A DNA stretch of 12,731 nt from Oopsacas minuta. Lineage: Eukaryota > Animalia > Porifera. The notes under the pieces were generated by a model, which was not told the origin of the DNA, ran no database searches, and saw nothing but the letters and a program-made list of their open reading frames with translations. Location: contig JAKMXF010000151.1 of NCBI GenBank assembly GCA_024704765.1, positions 1 through 12,731 of the forward strand, given 5' to 3'. Position 1 is the stretch's first letter, and each line of letters opens with the position of its first letter. Positions 1 to 8,051 of this stretch are shown piece after piece. The translations under genes were made by a program, and so were the position numbers.

Positions 1-253
1 CCTTGGGTACGATTCCCCATATGTCAATAATATAGTTTAATACGTTATCTAGTACCCTAATACCTACTTCCAGGTTTTAGCCATTTCGTGCCACTGTGGA
101 AAGTGGCCATGTTTTCGAATAATGGTATATTTTAAGCTGTGGCTAGAGTATCGGTGTCATATTTCTCAATTATCAAATTCCCCCAATATTATTTTTTTCA
201 TGGGGGAAAAAGAATGCAAGAATTTTCCCCTCAGTGAAGAATAATGCGGTACA

Positions 254-601
254 TAGTATTCTTTCCGCCCTATCCCATTTTACACTATTTCTAGTCCATT
301 AGTACAAAATAGCAGATAATTCTACATCTAATTTGAATTGAAAAGAACGAAAGAATCAATGCGGATCAAATGCGAAAAATCCGAAAATATGAATAAATGA
401 AAACACGAGAAAACAGCCTCAAATTAATTCTAATAAAATTCACAAACCATCAAGTAGAAAAATTGACAACTAATATGAAACAAAAGCTCTTATCTCCTGT
501 AAATTAGACATAACAAGTACCATTGACACCAATCGACAATTTGTTTTTGGATAGGTGATACTTTACCACACATGATAAATTTCCCTCAGGGAAGAATACT
601 A
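254..601. repeat. Possible small non-autonomous element (MITE-like) bounded by 13-bp imperfect inverted repeats
   Basis: TAGTATTCTTTCC (254-266) matches the reverse complement of GGGAAGAATACTA (589-601) at 12/13. A similar copy of the right end (AATTTTCCCCTCAGTGAAGAATA) lies at 221-243. No coding content seen. Confidence 0.25.
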
Positions 602-1684
602 TAGGGTGTCTCAAAAGTTTTTCCTCTTCTGAATCCCACTATAATTTAGAATTTCTTAGTTAGATTCATCCAATTATTTGACCATAGATTCACCATTAAG
701 TTTTACGCATATAATTATTCGACCTGGCATCCCATCAAATTAAATTCTTAGGTCTCGAGGGGCTAATCCTATTCCATGTTTTGCAAATATTTTCCAGCTG
801 TGTTAAATTTGTAGCGAGCTTTCTCTTGCCTAGTTCTGCACTGCTTGCAAAATAGATGATGGAATTTACATCTGGAGAGTTACTAGGCCAAACACCTTTC
901 TCCCAAAAGCCAGCTAGATGCTCTAAAAGCCATTTCTGGGTCCTTATGGCTGTATGGGCAGGGGCACCATCCTGCATGAAAATTGTGTCGGACTTCTTTC
1001 GACAGATTTTCCTTTGGGTAAGTGGGGGCTAGCTATCTACGGTTAAAGGTAGTGAGACAACAGTTCTCCAAGTTTTCATTAATATAGTATTCACCATTCA
1101 CTGAGCGTTTTGGGGGGGATGAAGTGTAGTTCTGATAGCCCTGACCGGCTCATCATTCCCCAGACCATCATTTTCGGGAGGTTTTTGACTGATTCAACTT
1201 AGGTAATGTTGTGCGTATTAATGTCCCAAACATGATCCTTCTTCCTATTAGTCGGATGGAAAAGCTCAAAAGGGCTTTCATCACTAAAAGGAACTCTTTC
1301 CCAATCATGACAATCCCATGTTTTGCGTTCCTGACAGAATTCTAGCCTCTTTAGCTTCTGTTTTTCGGTCAATTTCGGGTATTATGGTCTTATAGAGATT
1401 TCACTCCGATTGTGTCGTGGAAAATTGTAAATGAGGGTGAATTGTGTCATTACTAACGCACACCAACCTAGACAAGATATATTCCGCAAGTTTTCAGATT
1501 GAATTGTAGCGTTTCCCGATTGATTTTCTTATTATAACTTTCGGGACCCCGGAAAGTTTCGTTGGACATCCAGACCGGGGCTTGGCATCGAGCAAATATT
1601 CAGCTTTATGCCTTCTACATCAGTTTCGAACTGTCCGAATTGTGACTCTACGAATATTTGTGACTGTTTTCTATATCCCATCTA
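602..1684 (-). mobile_element. IS630-Tc1-mariner element remnant, DD37E (TRT/ITmD37E)-like; 5' end missing or interrupted by the maT element
   Basis: TA (600-601) precedes the TIR-like TAGGGTGTCTCAAAAGTT at 602. A decayed transposase runs on the minus strand up to the maT insertion at 1686. No partner TIR was found to the right of 3002. Confidence 0.85.
674..1684 (-). pseudogene. Degenerate DD37E-type transposase (several stops and frameshifts)
   Basis: Manual translation across frames: ..AKPRSGCPTKLSGVPKVIIEKSIGKR.. (HTH), PKLTEKQKLKRLEFCQERKTW, FSDESPFELFHP (D1 at 1280-1282), PKMMVWGMMSRSGLSELHFIPP, FMQDGAPAHTA (D2 at 969-971), FWEKGVWPSNSPDVNSI, NLIDGMPGRIIICVKLNG..VK* (TAA at 674-676). 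37 residues separate D2 from the expected E position, but the ENLW segment holding that E appears deleted. Confidence 0.85.
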
Positions 1685-1685
1685 A

Positions 1686-3002
1686 CAGGGTGCCTCAAAA
1701 GTTCTGCAACAGAATTTACATGTAATTCTTGTGCATTTAAAGCATATAACCAGACAATATTTGGTTAAGAAAATGCTATTATGTTTAACTATCATATACG
1801 AAAATATTTTGGCTCTACTTGTTTTCAAATCTATTCTCTCGGCCTTCAGACAATCTTTAAGTCTGGACAGAAATAAATTGCAGCCTCGAGCGACCTCATC
1901 CTGATCTAACTCACACCAAGCTTTCTTTAACGCTCGTTTTAGTGCTGGAATGCTGTTGTGGGATCTATTGTTTGCTAGTGTCTCTAGTCTTCCCCACAAA
2001 TAATAATCACAAGGGTTTAGGCCAGGACTTGAAGGCGGCCATTGGTCACGGTTAAAAAACCCTGGGATCTTACTTGACAACCAATCTTGAGATATTTTAG
2101 CGATTGAGCTAGTGTACCATCCTGTTGAAATAGCCATGCATTGTTTTCATGAAGGTCAAACCTATTGCTAAGACATGTTTCTCCAGTATAAGATCTTCGT
2201 ATACCTGAGCATTACCTTTGTAGTTTCGGGTATGAATACTAATGGAGTTTTCCCAAAAAACTGAAATTCCCGCCCAAACCATAATACATCTGGGGTGTTG
2301 TGATTTTTGAACACTTCCTAAGTTTTCTGGGATGTCATTACGTGTTAAGGAATAAACCCGCGAATATTGAGAGTTCCACTTCTCCCCAACACAGAAGATC
2401 TTCTCGTTCGAAAATACATTTGAATCACTGTTGACATTTTTGAGTCGATCCAGCAGTCTACGACATCTTTGGATTCTCTTTTAATTACCTGCCCATTAAG
2501 AGATCTACTCTACTTCGTTTGAAATATTTCATACCTAAGTCTTTCTGATTATTCGTCGAGCAGATTTCTTATCTATTCCCACCTTTGAGGCGACTTTCGG
2601 TGGGACATCGTGGGCCGACGAGTTAAAATCTGAGGAACCTTTTTCTTGTTAGCAGGAGTCCTAATTGTTCTTGCCCGACCTGATCGTTGCTTATCTACGA
2701 AATCGCCTGTCTCAATATATCGTTTTATCTTGCGGGATATCAACGATGGTGAAACTTTCGGTGAACCAAGGGCTTCGAGAATTTGATTCTGCTTCTTACC
2801 ATTTAAAATAAATGAATAATAGGAGACCTCTTCGGTTGTAGTTCAGATATACCAGGCATAACAATAGACTAGAATTGAACTATCACAACATATTGAATAT
2901 CTTATATAGCCTTGTTCATTGTATGAAGTTTACAGCAGTTGAATTATGGTTGATGTAAAAAATTGGTGTAAAAATTAGTTAGAGAACTTTTGAGGCACCC
3001 TG
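1686..3002 (-). mobile_element. Full-length (1317 bp) DD37D maT-family (Bmmar1-like) transposon, inactivated
   Basis: Perfect 20-bp TIRs: CAGGGTGCCTCAAAAGTTCT (1686-1705) and AGAACTTTTGAGGCACCCTG (2983-3002). TA follows at 3003-3004; the left flank reads TAA (1683-1685). Length is typical of mariner/maT elements. Confidence 0.93.
1815..2859 (-). pseudogene. Degenerate DD37D (maT) transposase
   Basis: ATG at 2859: MPGISELQPKRSPIIHLFLNG..RYIETGDFVDKQRSGRARTIRTP.., VFSNEKIF (D1 replaced by N, 2406-2408), MVWAGIS, WLFQQDG (D2 at 2119-2121), WPPSSPGLNPCDYYLWG (D3 at 2006-2008). D2-D3 spacing is 110 nt, i.e. 37 codons minus a 1-nt deletion. The likely original stop TAG is at 1815-1817. A late frameshift makes the listed ORF 1682..2137 read through the TIR. 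Confidence 0.9.
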
Positions 3003-4503
3003 TACACATCCTCAATCCCGAAGACAACAAGCCATATCTATATGGTCCGGGTTTAAAGTGCTAAGATGTACCAAATGTGACTGATCCCCCATCAGCGATG
3101 TAAAGAATTGTACAGGTGTGCTGAGGTTAGTTCTTTCATCTTTTTTAGTTGTTTAACTTGATGCCTTCCCTAAATTCTGCACATCGATCCACAAACTCAT
3201 TCATTTTTTATATTTTTGGCCCATGATTGGCTTGTCTGTATATAAATTTCGTCCTATCGATTGGTTAATTACTCGATAATCTCCATGTTGTACCCCGTGC
3301 TGACTGAAGGTTATCACATCCGTTGATTGCGTTTTTATTGTTTGCGAAAAATCAAACGTGTAGAGGTGTCTTGAGACAAGACTAGCATAACTAATGATTC
3401 CTATCCTCGACGAAACACCACTAGTTGATATTATACATCTAAATAATTCTACCATATTCTATTTCCGAAATTATCTCAAACAAGGTTTTCTAAACAAAAA
3501 CTAAATTCTTTACACTAGTAATGTTTGATTTAGCTCTTTGAACCTTTACAGAGTGATTCTTATATTGTTTTCTAATTTCTGGACTATAATTAGGATGATC
3601 GAATTAATATTTATCATTTTACAATGGATTTTTTATGTCAAACCCCGTGATACTGGTTCTTTGCTATAGGCGTAATCAATTGTTCATAACTTTTTATTCA
3701 GCTGTTAACCAATTCTCACTGTAGTATAGAAATAAAAGTTTTTGATTTTTCTTTACTTAGTATTCGTTCTTTATCCAATTCACCTTTATTTCATCAATAT
3801 TACGTTGTTACTTATCATTCCTTTTTTGTTCTTCAGATTTTTGTTGATATGATGTCATCGCTGGGTGTGGCTGTCGTTTCGATCTGGTCTCGTGCATCCA
3901 TTTATTTGGAAATTTTTATTACTGATACCAAATAAGCCATCCTGATATATATAGTAACAGACATGGCCAAATGTTACCAAACGTTTTTGTTATCATGATC
4001 ATAATCCTTAATTTTCATAATAGTTATTAAAATATCCTAGTCTAGTACATTTTAATAACTCATATATTCATGTAGATTATCATGTCTATTATTATTTATT
4101 TATTTAGCTAACTTACCACAGCTACTTTTAATACAGACAATCATCGCTATTTTTATTTCAACTTATCTTTCAATAATTCAACTGGCATTGTCCTCTTCTA
4201 ACTGAAATGTGTAGCACTTACTTATACTAGATTAAGCCTCATCATGATAATTTACTTCAACAAGTAGTGTGAACTTAACTAAATCCATTCTAATGACAGT
4301 ATAATTTTATTGTATACTTATTGCGAATACGCATTCGCTGAGTTATACACAGAGTACCTGGAGCTCACACGCAATACCCTTTTTGATAATATCATAGCCA
4401 CAGAAACTTCCATAAAATCGTATTAATCCGTGTTCCAATCAATTTGGTATTTTTGGTTCTTGAATTATTGACTACTAAACTGTATTTTCTTCATGTTTTA
4501 TAG

Positions 4504-6477
4504 TATTTTACAAATTTTTCCGATATCATTACGGCTTCTATCCCTCTTCAAGATCATTCAGGGTATGCTATACTAGTTGTGAATTCTTACACTCACAAAT
4601 CTAGTAAGTATCCTACAATTCATGGATCTACTTATGATGAGAAACTCCTCAAGAATTGTTTAATTGAAATTGGTTTTCATGTTGTTTCTCTTTTAGATGC
4701 TAAATCTAGTGATTTCGAAAAAATAATTCAGAATCTGGAACATTTTTCTAATTCCTCACGGTATACATGTATATTTTTTATTTTTAGCGGATATCAAGCA
4801 GATGGTCGATTAATTTTTGAAGATGAAATCGGCATTGATTACCAACATATCTTTGACATTTTGGTCGACCCCTTGAAGGTTTTTGGAAAAATTCCAAAGA
4901 TCATAATCGTAAATACATATAGACCATCTCGTTTTGGGGTTAAATCATTTTTTGGAGTCAAATCGCAAGATATACCTTTTTGTAAATCTCCCTACTGTCT
5001 CACAATGCAGATCGTCCATGCCCTGGGTGCCGCGGAAAAACGTGGACCTTTGATACAGGATACATTTGTTTCAAAATTTATTTCTGAACTTCGCCTATCT
5101 AATTCTCCTATATCAGAGGATATAAAATCTATACATGACTTTAGCACAATTCTTAGGCACGTCTATCATTCAATCTCTAGTGAATCAAAGCTTTTTAAAC
5201 TAAACTTGCTTGTTAAGATCGATGATCAATTATTTAATTCAATTTCCTTCCCACATTGTCGAGCAATTCGAGATGATTTAGTTTCTTCGCCACCCCAAAC
5301 TCCTCTGAATAACTTCCAATCTACAAATAATATTGTGAACGATCTTAGAAATGTTAGTTGGTTCCATGGTGGACTAACGAGAGATCAATCTGAAGAACTG
5401 TTGGAATATGAAGGTGACTTCCTCGTTCGCCAGAGCTTTTCTGGTAACAATTATGGTCGATTTATACTCTCAGTTTTTTATCGCAATTTACTTTATCACA
5501 TTCCACTTGTTCTCTCTCCTTCGGGTATCTGTATTCTGTACGAACCTGTTTTTCAGTCTTTAAACGATTTTGTGCTATATTATTTAGATAATGGACGTCA
5601 TATTCCTACTCATGAAACCTTTGTTCAACTTAAACGTCCTATTAAATATCAAGCTAGGCCAAATATTGAAGCTATGACCTCTCCTAGCAGTATTGACCAA
5701 AGTTGGATGCATGGCAGAATTCCACAAGAACATGTTCAGATATATCTCAAAGATGAAGGTGACTTTCTCGTATGGCAAAGAGATTATGAATATATTCTAA
5801 GCTATGTATACAATGGTGAGATCCAATCGATATTTGCTAGTAAAAGTAACGAAGAATATTTTACTACTGACCTGATTGCTGGAAATTTTGATGACATTAC
5901 TGATCTTGTCCAGCATCTGATTTTACATCATTCATATTATCGAGGTGTGTATTTAAAGACTCCAATTGGAAAACATATCCAACATACGCATTCTTTACGT
6001 AGTGATGTTCGTGATATTACGGCCTCTCCTCAAGTACTAAACATATCACCTTCTATGGATTCAACAACTGATCCTTTTTGGTTTAGAAGGAGTGAAACTC
6101 ATGACAAATTGATTGACTTGTCAATTTCCCTTACAGAACAAAGATGGTTTTCTAAATCGATCACTTATGACCTTTCAAACGCTGTATTAAAGAAAGAAGG
6201 AGATTTTCTAGTACGTACAAGCCAATCAAGACCAGGACATTTGTCACTCTCTGTAAGGGTTGGAGAAGATATCCAAACATTTGGTGTATTTATTTCAGGC
6301 AAACCTTGTAGGTATTCTCTAGATCCTCATTCAAAAACCACTTTTGGCAATGTGGTTGAACTAATTAACCATTATCTGCAGACTAAGCAACCATTACCTG
6401 GATCTTTATACCCAAGTGCTTTTTTACTCAACCCAATAAATGTTCAATCAGCTTTGAACTCCCTCAAATATTGTTAA
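4504..6477 (+). CDS. Pseudo-caspase (Peptidase C14/caspase-fold) plus 3x SH2 domain protein; 5' end incomplete (probable upstream exon)
   Basis: The frame is open from 4504 (after TAG 4501-4503) to TAA 6475-6477. The track start at 4579 is a GTG, and caspase beta-1 strand GYAILVVNS begins before it at 4561. Caspase motifs: HGSTYDEKLLKNCLIEIGFHV, CIFFIFSGYQ, KIPKIIIVNTYR, p10-like TFVSKFISEL..LFNSISF. Three SH2 repeats begin WFHGGLTR..GDFLVRQS, WMHGRIPQ..GDFLVWQ and WFSKSITY..GDFLVRTS. Confidence 0.9.
   Translation, partial: YFTNFSDIITASIPLQDHSGYAILVVNSYTHKSSKYPTIHGSTYDEKLLKNCLIEIGFHVVSLLDAKSSDFEKIIQNLEHFSNSSRYTCIFFIFSGYQADGRLIFEDEIGIDYQHIFDILVDPLKVFGKIPKIIIVNTYRPSRFGVKSFFGVKSQDIPFCKSPYCLTMQIVHALGAAEKRGPLIQDTFVSKFISELRLSNSPISEDIKSIHDFSTILRHVYHSISSESKLFKLNLLVKIDDQLFNSISFPHCRAIRDDLVSSPPQTPLNNFQSTNNIVNDLRNVSWFHGGLTRDQSEELLEYEGDFLVRQSFSGNNYGRFILSVFYRNLLYHIPLVLSPSGICILYEPVFQSLNDFVLYYLDNGRHIPTHETFVQLKRPIKYQARPNIEAMTSPSSIDQSWMHGRIPQEHVQIYLKDEGDFLVWQRDYEYILSYVYNGEIQSIFASKSNEEYFTTDLIAGNFDDITDLVQHLILHHSYYRGVYLKTPIGKHIQHTHSLRSDVRDITASPQVLNISPSMDSTTDPFWFRRSETHDKLIDLSISLTEQRWFSKSITYDLSNAVLKKEGDFLVRTSQSRPGHLSLSVRVGEDIQTFGVFISGKPCRYSLDPHSKTTFGNVVELINHYLQTKQPLPGSLYPSAFLLNPINVQSALNSLKYC
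4561..5250 (+). other. Caspase-fold domain (p20- and p10-like halves) with catalytic His and Cys positions both Tyr
   Basis: FIFSGYQ aligns to the F-x-F-S-G-H-G motif of meta/paracaspase-type C14 domains (Tyr codon 4792-4794). KIIIVNTYR aligns to PKxFxx(D/Q)ACR (Tyr codon 4918-4920). Alignment by eye. Confidence 0.8.
5359..5643 (+). other. SH2 domain 1 (SHC-like, canonical pTyr pocket)
   Basis: WFHGGLTRDQSEELL..GDFLVRQS..GRFILS..FQSLNDFVLYYLDNGRHI..VQLKRPI. Both alphaA2 Arg and betaB5 Arg are present. The C-terminal part resembles the SHC SH2 end (YHMDNHLPI..LCLQQPV). Confidence 0.92.
5704..5967 (+). other. SH2 domain 2 (degenerate, FLVW)
   Basis: WMHGRIPQEHVQIYLKDEGDFLVWQRDYEYILS..FDDITDLVQHL..YLKTPI. 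betaB5 Arg is Trp (TGG at 5773-5775) and the alphaA2 position is Gln. Confidence 0.85.
6145..6438 (+). other. SH2 domain 3
   Basis: WFSKSITYDLSNAVLKKEGDFLVRTSQSRPGHLSLSVR..FGNVVELINHYLQTKQPL..LLNPI. The FLVR Arg is retained; the alphaA2 position is Tyr. Confidence 0.9.
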
Positions 6478-8051
6478 TTCATATTGTACTTGTTTTTCCA
6501 CTTTTTCCTAGAATTCATCACACGCACATACAATCAATCTATCATTATTGCTTGCGTTCTTCGTTTGCTAGCTCGCTGCTTGATAGCACTATGCATCGAT
6601 TGGGGTTGGTATACAACAGCTAAATTCCTCGTAATGCTTTTGCCGTCAGCCTGCTCAATCTACTCGACATGAGTTAAGAAAATAGGGAAAAATTTAGAAA
6701 ATTCTATCCATGTCCAATCTGAAAGAATTATTATTGCCTTCTGTCTTCCCACTTGAAGTAACTACGCAAGTTTTTCATATGAATCTCGGTGCTACGTCCC
6801 TCGATTGATATCAAATTGTTTATATATCGAAATTTGTTAAATTTTCAATTTTGAAGGATGATTTTTAATACTCCTTTGTGAAAATTCATTTGTCAAAGTT
6901 ATGGCTTTATTATATTTGGCATATAGAGCTGTGCCTGTGATAAAAACTTCAATTTTTTTCTTCGCTGAGCAGAGGTTATATACGATGGGCTTTTTCAAAA
7001 ATCCAGAAAGGTTAACATTATCTCATAATTTAGTCATAAGTATGAATTTTGTTTAAAATTAGAACTAGTCCGAATCGGACACAAATACCCTTGTATGCCA
7101 AAATCATCTTTGGGTCTTCCAGTTTCTTCAATCAATTCCGAACATGCAAATACCTATGTTGTTAATATACAATGAATCTGTTTCTACTATATACGTACAT
7201 ATGTATGTAGACATTAACCGTGCAATAGTCATTCAACACCACTAAATAAGCAATTTCGTGTTTTCTAGACCCTATGGTCATTATTTGCGAATGCTTACTT
7301 AATTCTAAGTGAAACAACTATTTAACCATGTTTGTATACATGGTTTGGACTAAATTTATGAAAGTTTTATCAATTATGTATTTTCTACCAAAGATTATCC
7401 TCAGTAATTCGATAATGACTATTTATTCAATGTTATTATGACATGATCAATTCTGATGGCATATTTCTACTGATCCGAGAACCTCAAATGATTTCATATT
7501 GTATCCCTTTGTTTCAAATATTCCACTAATGTGTCACTTCTGCTACACCTGGCAAAAATTATGATACAATGAAAACTCTACATTAATTGCTTTTGACAAG
7601 TCAAAATTTTCATAATTAGTTTAATTATCACTAATATTATAAGTTGTACTTGGTTACCAATTATGAGTAAGGAATCTACTCAGCATGTACTTAGTACAAT
7701 AATTATATTTTCTTTGGAATAGCACTTCGTTTCACATCGTCTCATTATAGTGATCTTTTCCAATAAAGTATATACGTATCTACAAATCACAGTAGTGATA
7801 AATTGATAATTATAAAATATGTATATTCACTTATCAATTATTATCTAAGGTACTTACCAAAAAGTACTATTCTGTTCTACAAATAGTTTACTTAATTGTT
7901 GAATATTTATGTATTACTATATGGTTTAGAATTCCCTTTAATTTATCCAAAGAACTTAGTTGATATTAAATTAGTATCCTTTAGAAGAAGTGATCGACCG
8001 AAGATGAATTTTGCCGAATAACCTGTATTCTGCAGAATAATATCAAATTAT

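Noticed and set aside
3201-3455. 84-aa ORF on the minus strand
   Set aside because: No recognisable motif and no convincing splice context; could be chance or an unrecognised exon.
5584-5778. 64-aa antisense ORF
   Set aside because: Lies entirely opposite the caspase-SH2 CDS and has no motif; treated as a shadow ORF.
6484-6672. 62-aa hydrophobic ORF right after the SH2 gene
   Set aside because: TTG start, not credible in a eukaryotic context; no motif; probably 3' UTR.
6480-7020. Minus-strand frame with faint integrase-like words (LSDW..EF, YQPQS)
   Set aside because: Five stops in about 180 codons, the spacing does not fit DD35E and there is no catalytic E.
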